From: Chloroflexota bacterium
Lineage (GTDB): Bacteria > Chloroflexota > Dormibacteria > CF-121
DNA length: 61,722 nucleotides
Direction of reading: 5' to 3'
Assembly (NCBI GenBank): GCA_005889535.1
Contig: VBHC01000123.1
Span: 1-61,722, forward strand
A program made the translations under genes and the position numbers. Positions within the stretch are counted from its first letter, which is position 1. The number at the start of each line of letters is the position of its first letter. Positions 27,957 to 36,752 of the stretch are shown piece after piece. The notes below the pieces were generated by a model. The model had not been told where the DNA came from. It did not search any database and was given only the letters and a program-made list of their open reading frames with translations.

Positions 27957-29561
27957 GTGGGAGGTGCCTCGGGGCGGATAACGGTTCGGGAACGGATCCA
28001 TCCCGAGATCACGGCCACGCTTTTTGCCAACTACCGGTCTTCGGCGGACACGCTGATGGAGCTGATCGACAACGCTTTGGATTCGCGCCGATCTGGAGAG
28101 CCAATGAAGGTGGAGGTCGCCATTCACGGTGAAGGGATCACGGTGATGAGCGAAGGCGGCGAGGGCATGGGGCCGAAGGACCTCGAACGCCGCTATCTCC
28201 GTTGGGGCAAGTCCACCAAGCGCGGCAAGGACCTGCTTGGACAATACGGCCAGGGTGGTAAGGCAGCGATCGGTCATCTCGGCCGTAGCTTCTCGGTCGA
28301 GTCAAGTCGTCCGGGCGACCCTATAGCCTGGCGTTTTACCGACCCAAACTACCGTGACCGGAGCCGACTGAAGACCTACGAGTTGCATGAGGTGGCCAAG
28401 CATGTTGCAGACGATCTTGGCTACGTTCGGATCCGGATCGATGACGTCGATAAGCGGGTCGACTTAAAGCGGGTTGGCCAGCGGCTCGCCGATGCATTTC
28501 GTCTGCTTCTCGAGCGAGGCGATCTCCAGATCATCTTGAACGGGTCGCCGCTAAGGCCAAGGTCGCTCGGGGAAGTCGCACGTAAGGATTTTCGTGTCAG
28601 GGCTGCCGCTACCATCGTTGCTGGCTGGGTCGGAACGGTCGATCCCGCGAAGAGGACCGCCGACTTCGTTCCCGGCGTGCGGTGCTATCGGTTAGGGCGC
28701 CTGGTCAAAGACGGCGAGTTCTTCGGGCACCCAACACCCGCCCAGGAGCCTGGAATGGCGCTGTTGATCGGCGAGGTTGAAATTCCTCGGGTCCCGCTGA
28801 CGATCAACAAGAGCGACTTCGATCGGGACAGCGCACCGTGGGTCGACATCGAGGGTCGACTCCATCGCCTGCTGAAGCCGATCGCGCGGCAGCTCTCGAG
28901 GCAGCCCGAGAGTCCGCCCCCACCATCCGCGGTTAGAGTCGCTCAGCAGGTGCGGCGTTTATTGAGCCAGGCGCTTCGCTGGGCAGACCGCCCTGAACTC
29001 TTCCTAGGCAGCGCTCCAATGCGTCCCCGGATGTCAGCCCCAAGCAATGGTGATCGAGCATCCCAACCGCATCTGCCTGAGGCGGAGCAGCCGCCCCTAT
29101 CACAAAGCGGATCAAATGCTGCATCGAAGCGCCGGGGCTTCGGGGATATCGTCATCAGGCAGCTCGGCCCGGCGATCCGAAGCCAGACCGTTATCAAGGA
29201 TGCAGTCAAAGTCGTCGTGATCAATTCGCAGCATCCCCTCTATCGCGAGCGCAAAGGCGACATCTGGTATCAGCTCGAAACCGCGGCAAGCGAGATATGC
29301 AAATCCATCGAAGGCGTGACCGTCGCCGAATACGAACGCCGGGTCAACGAGATTGTGCTTCTCGCTTTCCGGCGGCCGCCAATCCCAGGCATAGGCCTCA
29401 TCAGCACCATTGCTTCCAAAGAATGTGAACCCCACCACTCCCTTGGGATGGCTGGCAGGTTAGTAGCCAGTCGCTCCATCAATGCGCTCCCGAAGGAGAT
29501 CCGCATGCCCGTTGTGTCGGGAGTACTCCTCAATCATGTGGACCAGGATCCAGCGCAGTGA
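27957..29561 (+). CDS. GHKL (HATPase/MORC-like) ATPase; native C-terminus probably lost
   Basis: ELIDNALD, G.GM, GQYGQGGK; VINSQHPLY; tail overlaps the convergent DinB gene by about 100 bp. Confidence 0.75.
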   Translation: MGGASGRITVRERIHPEITATLFANYRSSADTLMELIDNALDSRRSGEPMKVEVAIHGEGITVMSEGGEGMGPKDLERRYLRWGKSTKRGKDLLGQYGQGGKAAIGHLGRSFSVESSRPGDPIAWRFTDPNYRDRSRLKTYELHEVAKHVADDLGYVRIRIDDVDKRVDLKRVGQRLADAFRLLLERGDLQIILNGSPLRPRSLGEVARKDFRVRAAATIVAGWVGTVDPAKRTADFVPGVRCYRLGRLVKDGEFFGHPTPAQEPGMALLIGEVEIPRVPLTINKSDFDRDSAPWVDIEGRLHRLLKPIARQLSRQPESPPPPSAVRVAQQVRRLLSQALRWADRPELFLGSAPMRPRMSAPSNGDRASQPHLPEAEQPPLSQSGSNAASKRRGFGDIVIRQLGPAIRSQTVIKDAVKVVVINSQHPLYRERKGDIWYQLETAASEICKSIEGVTVAEYERRVNEIVLLAFRRPPIPGIGLISTIASKECEPHHSLGMAGRLVASRSINALPKEIRMPVVSGVLLNHVDQDPAQ

Positions 29562-29993
29562 GACGGCTCTTCCGGTACGCTGGCGCCCTTCATCCATAAG
29601 CTGGTGTCGGGCGATGACCTGGCTCGCCAGTTCGCACTCCGATCGCCATGCGGCGAACATATCATCGACATCGGCGCCGTCGATGTCATTGAAGTCGGCA
29701 TCCGGGTCCGCATCGGTCGCGTAGAGGTCGCCAATAACCTCCAGTGCCAGAGTCCGCCGAAACCAACCTCGTTCCACATCAGTCAGATGGCGAATAAGTC
29801 CGAGTAGGCTGAGCGTCGAGGGAGCCGCCGAACGCGTTCGCAGTTGCTCTGGCGTGAGGCCAGCGCACTTCCGCGCCAGCGTCGACCGCTGCCACTCCAG
29901 GAAGGCGACAAGCGTCGCCCGCTCATCGGCCGTGCGCGGGATGTCGTCGTATCGCAGCTCTACGGGTGAAGCCTTCCCCTCGGTCCTGGCCAT
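29460..29993 (-). CDS. DinB/DUF664 family protein
   Basis: L..QR...KC.GL, LLGLIRHL..VE..WF, HMIEEYSRHNGHADLLRE.IDG. Confidence 0.85.
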   Translation of the reverse strand: MARTEGKASPVELRYDDIPRTADERATLVAFLEWQRSTLARKCAGLTPEQLRTRSAAPSTLSLLGLIRHLTDVERGWFRRTLALEVIGDLYATDADPDADFNDIDGADVDDMFAAWRSECELASQVIARHQLMDEGRQRTGRAVSLRWILVHMIEEYSRHNGHADLLRERIDGATGY

Positions 29994-30128
29994 CGGGACT
30001 CTCATCAGACAAGGTAACACCAGTGATGATGTTGGCGGCGGCTGCGATGTCCTCAATCGGGGCTTGGTCGAAGATGTCAAGGAAGTCGTCCTGAGAAGGT
30101 CGTCAACGCCCATCTCGTTGCTCAGTCC

Positions 30129-30598
30129 ATGCGGCTAGTCAGGGTCTTCGTCATGGCCGCATTCCTACCCTTGCTGATAGGTGTGGGATTTCTGGTTCTC
30201 ATTAACAGGGGTGCAGGAATCCAAGGCCTGATTGTGCAGCCCGACTGTGTCTATCCCGTCCTTACGACGCCGTGCCAGATTCAGTGGTTGCCACTGAAGG
30301 CCCAAGTCCGGGTCTTCCGTGCCGTTCCTAGACCGGATGGCATCTCTGACCCTGGGCCTCTACTCACGACCGCTGAGGCAGGCCCAGTCAAAATTGGTGG
30401 GATAGCGAGCCAATGCTGGTCACCGTGCGGCCCTGGTCATTCGAGGACATCCGCATCCAAGTGAGAGGCAACCCGGCAGCGATATGTTTGGCAGCAACAG
30501 ATCGCATCGACACCCCAACCGGGCAAGTACCTGTTTCGCAAATCCGGGTCGGGATGATCGTCTGGACACTGGACGCTACAGGCCGCCGGGTGAGCGTT
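30129..30598 (+). pseudogene. Decayed membrane/secreted protein with N-terminal part of a Hint domain
   Basis: Two frames; the second reads CLAATDRIDTPTGQVPVSQIRVGMIVWTLD, then breaks off. Confidence 0.55.
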
Positions 30599-30867
30599 AG
30601 ACGAACGCCCCAGGGAGTCGCTGGCGTTGGAATGCTCTGGCCGAACGCCCCGAGGTTGCCTACCCCGGTCATGGCCTGCATACCGATCGCTATCCAGAAG
30701 ATCCATTCGTAGCGTTGGGCGACCTCAAGGCGCGCATCGCTGCCACGATTCATTGGCGGCGGGCGCACTGTGAGCCACCAGACCAGCAGGGCTCCGCCGA
30801 GGATTGCCGCCATGCCAACGACGTGCGCCCATCGGATAAGCAGGCTGAGTGGTTCCATGCGCGTCAC
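30595..30867 (-). pseudogene. Truncated CopD-like membrane protein
   Basis: LIRWAHVVG.A..LGG, TGVGN; ends at junction with the Hint fragment. Confidence 0.5.
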
Positions 30868-30874
30868 CGTCTAA

Positions 30875-30906
30875 GGGGAAAGGGCGACCCGAGGCCGCCC
30901 TTCCCC
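30875..30906. terminator. GC hairpin downstream of the sialidase-like gene
   Basis: GGGGAAAGGGCG...CGCCCTTCCCC; no clear U-tract. Confidence 0.4.
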
Positions 30907-30921
30907 AATATGTCGAGAAGC

Positions 30922-32718
30922 CTAGCCCGTTGAGATTGACTGAATATCGGTGTTGCCGAAGTTCATCGGGCAGTCGGTGAGCGGCCATGGCGCTCCGGGA
31001 AGATCGCGGTGCCCAGCGGCGTAGGAGCGCTCGCGATAATCCTGGATCGGGGAGCAGACGGCGGCATTCGCGGCAGAGGTCCAGACGCCGACTCCGTAGG
31101 TGTTCGACGCTGCCGCGTAGACATAATCGCCGACGCGCTCCTGGTACAGATCGTGGCCGGGATAGGTCGCGAGGAGATCGCCTGGCGGCGATTCGTTGAA
31201 CACCGTCGCCCATCCGGCTGGGGCCCCGGTCGATCCGAGAGCCGAACTGACAAACACGCCATGGTACGGTCGCGGCGTGTGGAAGTCGGCGCCCGCCCAC
31301 GGTGCCATATCCGCTTCATAGACGACATACGCGTGCGAACCATCGGGTGCGATGGCGGGCGCGGCGTAGAGCGGCCGATCACCACCTCGTGAAACGGCGG
31401 TCGGAGCACTCCAGGATGCTCCTCCGTTCGTCGAATAGATGAAGTCAGCGACTTCGCCATTCAGCACCGGGGCGTCGGCCCAGGCGTCGACGATCTCGTT
31501 GGTGGCTCCGGCGCCGGTTGGAGCGCCGTTGGCAATGGAGACACTGGGCGACGCGGCGAGATCGGTTCGCGCACCGGCGTAGCCGTCCATCACGCAGCGG
31601 CCCTCGACCGGATCGATGAAGTAGCAGGGGTCTGTAACGTGGGTGATCACGGTGGGCGCGGTCCAATGCAGACCTGCATCGAACGACTTGAACATCACCT
31701 GTGCGCTGTGGGTCGGAAGTCCGGTTATCGCCGGGTTCGCGAACCGCTCCGCGAAGAGGTAGACGATGCCCGTGCTATCCGTCCTGATGGTGCATCCGCT
31801 GTAGCCGAAATCATTGGGTCCACGGCCGTTGGTCGCCGCCGAGGTGACCGACTTTTTGGTCCACGTGCTACCGCCGTCGGCTGAGGAGAAGACTTGAACC
31901 GGCACCGGGGAGTTGCCGTTCTTGTGACTGCCATTGCTTCGGAAATCGTTGGCGCAGATGTAGGTATGCCCAAAGAACGGGCTCGAGGCGGCGTTGTCAG
32001 CCCAGATCTGTTCCTTGTCATAGAAGGAGGTCTGACCCTGTGCACTCGATACGATCACCGGAGCCTTCCAGCTGCTCTTGTTGAGGATGGAGGCTGGCGT
32101 GGGGTTGTCCAGGCGGGAGGCCGCGACGCCGACGAATCCATTGAAGACCGGGTTCGGGAAGGAGAACTCCACCTGGGTACTGAATGCCGTGGTCAGGTTC
32201 GCGTAGTAGACCCGCTCCCCATTGCCCCACGAAAACGTCCCGTCATTGCCGGGAATCGGCCCCACAGCCACCGCAGGGTCGCCGAAGGAGACGAGCTGGT
32301 TCTCGTAATACCAGGGCAGGGTGTGGATCGGGCCGGTGTTGCCTTTGCAGGGTGTCATCGGGTCGCATGCGGCCGTAGTCCAACCCGTGTAGGTAGGCTG
32401 CGTCCAGCTGTGACCTGCATCGAACGAGAAATAGACACCGGAGACGCCGACCCCCGTGGCTCTGTCCAGACATGTGCCACTGTTTACGGCCAGCGGTCGC
32501 GGGCACGCCTGCTCATCGACAAAATCGTTCGAGCCGGCTACCAGGGTATTCGGCGACATCGCGTCCAGGGCAACCGCCGGCTCGTTCTGGTGGTTCTGCG
32601 GGGTGTTCCCCGGCGGGCTGCCGGAGCTGACACGGCTTGATGTCTGAGCGAATGCGCCGGTCGTCGACATCAGGACCGCCGCCATCGACGCCAGCAACGC
32701 ACGCATAGGCTTTCTCAT
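30922..32718 (-). CDS. Secreted BNR/Asp-box (sialidase-like) beta-propeller protein
   Basis: Signal peptide; repeated S.DGG.(S/T)W Asp boxes; QNEP, DP, DKE, GDY; AAGGAGG RBS. Confidence 0.8.
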   Translation of the reverse strand: MRKPMRALLASMAAVLMSTTGAFAQTSSRVSSGSPPGNTPQNHQNEPAVALDAMSPNTLVAGSNDFVDEQACPRPLAVNSGTCLDRATGVGVSGVYFSFDAGHSWTQPTYTGWTTAACDPMTPCKGNTGPIHTLPWYYENQLVSFGDPAVAVGPIPGNDGTFSWGNGERVYYANLTTAFSTQVEFSFPNPVFNGFVGVAASRLDNPTPASILNKSSWKAPVIVSSAQGQTSFYDKEQIWADNAASSPFFGHTYICANDFRSNGSHKNGNSPVPVQVFSSADGGSTWTKKSVTSAATNGRGPNDFGYSGCTIRTDSTGIVYLFAERFANPAITGLPTHSAQVMFKSFDAGLHWTAPTVITHVTDPCYFIDPVEGRCVMDGYAGARTDLAASPSVSIANGAPTGAGATNEIVDAWADAPVLNGEVADFIYSTNGGASWSAPTAVSRGGDRPLYAAPAIAPDGSHAYVVYEADMAPWAGADFHTPRPYHGVFVSSALGSTGAPAGWATVFNESPPGDLLATYPGHDLYQERVGDYVYAAASNTYGVGVWTSAANAAVCSPIQDYRERSYAAGHRDLPGAPWPLTDCPMNFGNTDIQSISTG

Positions 32719-32954
32719 GAACTCCCTCCTTGTCGCCGGTGGAAAGCTAGGCGGAGCCGCAATCGCGCCCCTGAAAAACTTAGCACGCAGCCGGCTGGTT
32801 GCTGAGAGGCTGAACTGCAAACGCCCTGTCGGGCTCGAGCATCACACAGGCTCGGGTATTGACATCCTGGGCCAGACGCCCAATAGTCGTGGCGTCGGGT
32901 CGGGGGCACCCGCATCAGTCTCGAAGGGCAAACGATCGATAGAAGGAGGGGAAG

Positions 32955-33377
32955 ATGGAACGTTCGCTATACGATCGCCTCGGTGGGATCGATTCGATTA
33001 CCGCCGTCGTCGAAGACTTCAGGGATCGGGTTGCCAGGGATGACCGGATCAATCAGAAGTTCGTCAGAACGGACCTGGGTCGGCTGACGAAGATGCTCAT
33101 CGATCAGGTCTGCCAAGCTGCGGGAGGGCCGTGCACGTACACCGGCCGGACGATGAAGGCGGCCCATGCCGGGATGGGAGTCACGAGCGGCGAGTTCGAC
33201 GCCCTCGTCGCGGATCTCGTAGCGACCCTCAGTCAGTTCAAAGTCGGCAAGACGGAGCAGGGCGAGGTCCTGGGTGTGCTCGGCCCGCTGAAGGCCGACA
33301 TTGTTGAGGTCGATTCGAGCGCGGTCGGAACGCCTCTGCCGCCGACGTACCAGCCGGCGCCGGCGCTCGTCAGGTAG
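32955..33377 (+). CDS. glbN: Group I truncated hemoglobin
   Basis: [21 protein letters not shown]. Confidence 0.9.
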   Translation: MERSLYDRLGGIDSITAVVEDFRDRVARDDRINQKFVRTDLGRLTKMLIDQVCQAAGGPCTYTGRTMKAAHAGMGVTSGEFDALVADLVATLSQFKVGKTEQGEVLGVLGPLKADIVEVDSSAVGTPLPPTYQPAPALVR

Positions 33378-33396
33378 ACGCTCGCCAACCTGGATC

Positions 33397-33765
33397 TCAT
33401 CGCTGAGGGGCGCGGACAAGGCGACGCTGCCTGACGCCGTAGATCGCGACAGCGCCCGCGCCGGTGCCAAGCGCCGCGGCGAGGAGCCCGGCGAGCAGGA
33501 CGAGAACCTGTCCTGTCCCAATGCCATAGGCGATCGCGCCGAGTCCGGGCAACCCGACCAGAGCCACGACCCCTGAGGACAACCACAGGGTTGCGGGCGT
33601 GACCCAGGTGGTACGCAACGATAAGCCGCCCGGCCGGGACCACATCAAGCCCATAAAGAAGTCCGCCAGCGGAAGAAGGCGCTCCTGGGCCGGGTCCAGC
33701 GGGGGAAGATCCTTCGGTACCCGAGTCCAGGGGTAGCTCACGCGGGTGCAACGTCCATCGTCCAC
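33397..33765 (-). CDS. Membrane hypothetical protein
   Basis: Two hydrophobic segments; start uncertain. Confidence 0.45.
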   Translation of the reverse strand: MDDGRCTRVSYPWTRVPKDLPPLDPAQERLLPLADFFMGLMWSRPGGLSLRTTWVTPATLWLSSGVVALVGLPGLGAIAYGIGTGQVLVLLAGLLAAALGTGAGAVAIYGVRQRRLVRAPQR

Positions 33766-33868
33766 CGACCTTCTGCCAGGGGCGGGAGCCGGGCAGCGCT
33801 GAGTAGAAAGGTTAGTACCGGGGAGATTGATTCAAAGCTCGCGGATCCCTAGACTTCCCCAGCACGAA

Positions 33869-34744
33869 ATGCGCCACGCCCTCCGGCTCATCGCCCCAGT
33901 CCTGGCGCTTAGCGTGAGTGCGTGCGGCGCCGCGGCCGCCAGCACGAAACCGATTTCCTCGTCCCATGTCGCTGGGCCGGCAGCGAGCCCGACAGCAACG
34001 CCGGTAGCCTCGGTGACACCCACTTCAACGGCGACCACCGTTGACGCGGCCTCGCTTGCGACCGAGCTTGCCGGGGTGGAGCAGGCGATCCGCATTCCCG
34101 ACACGTCCGCGGAGGAATACGTCGTTCTCGGCCAGCGGCAGCAGCAGGCGTATCACCTGCTCGCCGCGCATGGGGACTGGGTCGCGGCCGTTCTCAATAG
34201 TGTCCCGGCACCGCTGCGGGCCGTCATTCAAGACAACCTGTCGGCCGCCCAACAAATCGATGACCTGAATGGAGCCCGTACGACGCTTCCCCACTGGCGC
34301 ATCATCGCGCCGCCGACCTCGGAGGTCCTGCTGAGCTACTACCGTGAGTCTCAGCAAAGCTCCGGAGTCCAGTGGCAGTATCTGGCCGCCATCAACCTGA
34401 TCGAGACAAACATGGGCCGGATCCAGGGTCTCAGCTCCGCCGGCGCGCAGGGGCCGATGCAGTTCATGCCGGCGACCTGGGCCAGCTACGGCCGCGGCGA
34501 CGTCAACAATCCACGCGACGCCATCCTTGCCGCCGGACGTTACCTGCATGCGCACGGAGCTCCGCAAAACATGACCGGCGCCATCTACGCCTACAACCCG
34601 AGCTGGCTCTACGTCCGAGCCGTCCAGCTCTATGCCAGGCAGATGTTCGACGATGCACATGCTTTTCTCGGCTATTACAACTGGCAGGTCTACGTCCAGA
34701 CGACAAGGGGCGAGGTCCTGCTGCCCGAAGGCTTCACCGGATAA
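33869..34744 (+). CDS. Lytic transglycosylase (SLT) lipoprotein
   Basis: LSVSAC lipobox; AIN.IET, SSAGAQGPMQFMPATW, AYN. Confidence 0.85.
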   Translation: MRHALRLIAPVLALSVSACGAAAASTKPISSSHVAGPAASPTATPVASVTPTSTATTVDAASLATELAGVEQAIRIPDTSAEEYVVLGQRQQQAYHLLAAHGDWVAAVLNSVPAPLRAVIQDNLSAAQQIDDLNGARTTLPHWRIIAPPTSEVLLSYYRESQQSSGVQWQYLAAINLIETNMGRIQGLSSAGAQGPMQFMPATWASYGRGDVNNPRDAILAAGRYLHAHGAPQNMTGAIYAYNPSWLYVRAVQLYARQMFDDAHAFLGYYNWQVYVQTTRGEVLLPEGFTG

Positions 34745-35264
34745 CGGCGCTCAGGCGGTGCTTGCGAATAAACGCCGCGACGTGGTCCATCGCCGCGTCC
34801 CGGACCGACAGGAGACCGTGACCCACGCCGGGGAATGTCACGAGCTCGGCCTGCCGCAGCAACCGAACCGAGGCCCGTAGCAGCTCCACCCTGGCAAACG
34901 GATCCGATTCTCCTGACAGGAGGAGCACCGGACAAGCGATCCGGGGCCAGTGCTCGGTGCGCAGGTCCTCCGGGTGCCCGGGCCGGTGGAGCGGATAGCT
35001 CAGCAGCAGCAACGCCGCGTATGGCACCTGGGTGGCGGCCATGCTGGCGACCCGGCCGCCGTACGAGTGCCCGCCGGCGATCGATCCCGCAGGAACCTTT
35101 TCGATGAATGTGGGCACCGCCTTCTCGGCTTTGACCACTGAGCGGCCCGAGCGGGGCAGGTCGATGGCCTCGGCGGAGAGCTTGCGCGCCGCCAGCGCCT
35201 GGACGTAAGGTCGCATGCTGCGCGCATCACCTGACGCGCCGTGCGCCAGATAAATGGTATGCAC
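34734..35264 (-). CDS. Alpha/beta hydrolase
   Basis: AHGAS, GHSYGGR, SYPLH.PG, GESDPF, GH. Confidence 0.85.
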   Translation of the reverse strand: MHTIYLAHGASGDARSMRPYVQALAARKLSAEAIDLPRSGRSVVKAEKAVPTFIEKVPAGSIAGGHSYGGRVASMAATQVPYAALLLLSYPLHRPGHPEDLRTEHWPRIACPVLLLSGESDPFARVELLRASVRLLRQAELVTFPGVGHGLLSVRDAAMDHVAAFIRKHRLSAVIR

Positions 35265-35307
35265 CTTGGTCGATGAAGAGGGCACCCGTTAACATTAGTG
35301 CCGCGTC

Positions 35308-35676
35308 ATGGCACGCGTCTTGCTCGTCGAGGATGAGCCCAATATTGCGTCGATCATCGTCTTCAAGCTGGAGCGCGAAGGGCACCAGGTGCGCTGGGAA
35401 TCGAGCGCCGCGACAGTCCTCGATGCCGCTGCAGCGATACAACCTGACCTTGTGCTTCTGGACTCCAGCCTTCCCGACGGTGACCCCTTTGCCCTGCTGA
35501 GTGCGCTTTCCCCGAATCCGCCGGTGGTGATGATGACCGAGTTCCGCGATGTGCTGACTCCCGACCGCGCGCGAGCGGCTGGGGCGCTGGCGACGGTCGA
35601 AAAACCGTTCAAGCCGACGCAGCTTGCGCGGCTGGTTGCCCAGCTCGTGCCGACAGCCACGGCGCGACGGCCGTGA
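35308..35676 (+). CDS. Single-domain response regulator
   Basis: LLVEDE, PDLVLLD..LP, KPF. Confidence 0.85.
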   Translation: MARVLLVEDEPNIASIIVFKLEREGHQVRWESSAATVLDAAAAIQPDLVLLDSSLPDGDPFALLSALSPNPPVVMMTEFRDVLTPDRARAAGALATVEKPFKPTQLARLVAQLVPTATARRP

Positions 35677-35888
35677 TGACAGTCCTGGCCCGCAAGCAGG
35701 GCGCCGCGCTCGTAATTCGGGACCGCACCCTCGGAATCTTCACCGACAAGGGGTTCACGCCGGTGGATTTCAAAGTCGAGCTGGCCATGAAGCTCGCCAC
35801 GAGGCTCAAGTACACGCCCGTGCTTCCGGCGCAGGACATGGAGGAGCCGGAGCTGTTGCGCTTCCTGGACGAAGCGCGCCCAGCGTAA
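35673..35888 (+). CDS. Small hypothetical protein
   Basis: GTGA overlap with the upstream gene. Confidence 0.55.
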   Translation: MMTVLARKQGAALVIRDRTLGIFTDKGFTPVDFKVELAMKLATRLKYTPVLPAQDMEEPELLRFLDEARPA

Positions 35889-35920
35889 GACGGGCCGCCG
35901 GCACGCGTTATCCCTGCGCG

Positions 35921-36625
35921 ATGACCGCGCAGACCGAGCGTCTCCTGGAGAGCGGCCGGCTGGCGGAATCGGAAGGCAACGTGCGCCAGGCGATGGCATG
36001 CTACGGGGAGGCGGTCAATCTGGCCGGGGACGAGGCCCTTTCCAGGCTTCGTTTAGGGACGCTGTGCCATCGCACTCGCGAGTATTCCCGGGCCCGACAG
36101 CTGCTCGACGAAGCGTCTCGCCTCGACCCGGACCATCCTGATGTTGCATTTCGTCTGGGCTTGACCTGCGATGCGCTCGGCGACCGGGAGCGGGCGAAAG
36201 CCGCCTACACCCGCACCGTGCTCCTTGCGCCGAGCTCCTGGCAGACCTGGTACCTGATCGGTCGAGACCATCGCCAGCTCGGCCACGCGGAGGTCGCCCG
36301 ACTTGCCTACCAGCGAGCCCTGGAAGAGGCGCCCGACGAGCCGGAGATCCTGGCCGAGCTTGGAACGCTACTCTGGGAAATGGGCCAGTGGAATGACGCG
36401 TACGTCTACCTGGAACACGCGGTTACGGTATGCCCCGTCGACCCTGGGTTTGCCTTGCAACTCGGGCTGGCCGAGATGCAGCGTGGCGACCTGATCGCAG
36501 CCCATCGCCTCTTGACCGGCGCGAAGCATCTCGACCCGTCAGACCGACGGATCGACGTCGCGCTGCAAGGGCTGGCCCTTCGCAAGAAGGAGACTCGGAG
36601 CCGGCAGCGTAAGCGAGCGGCCTGA
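35921..36625 (+). CDS. Tetratricopeptide repeat protein
   Basis: Repeated LG...A...Y..A...P units. Confidence 0.85.
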   Translation: MTAQTERLLESGRLAESEGNVRQAMACYGEAVNLAGDEALSRLRLGTLCHRTREYSRARQLLDEASRLDPDHPDVAFRLGLTCDALGDRERAKAAYTRTVLLAPSSWQTWYLIGRDHRQLGHAEVARLAYQRALEEAPDEPEILAELGTLLWEMGQWNDAYVYLEHAVTVCPVDPGFALQLGLAEMQRGDLIAAHRLLTGAKHLDPSDRRIDVALQGLALRKKETRSRQRKRAA

Positions 36626-36642
36626 CGACGTGCCTGTCAAAA

Positions 36643-36672
36643 CAAAAGGCCGCTTTTTGAGGGCGGCCTATT
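36643..36672. terminator. Terminator between convergent genes
   Basis: AAAAGGCCGCT...GGCGGCCTATT. Confidence 0.6.
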
Positions 36673-36752
36673 GTGGGGAGGAGGGGGACGCTTGGGAAAT
36701 TTTTCGGGACTGAACGCAGCCTAGCAATGGCGCATTACGGTACCGCTAAACG

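Noticed and set aside
24580-30900. Prophage, IS or integrase-bearing element
   Set aside because: No recombinase, transposase or phage structural motifs recognised in any ORF
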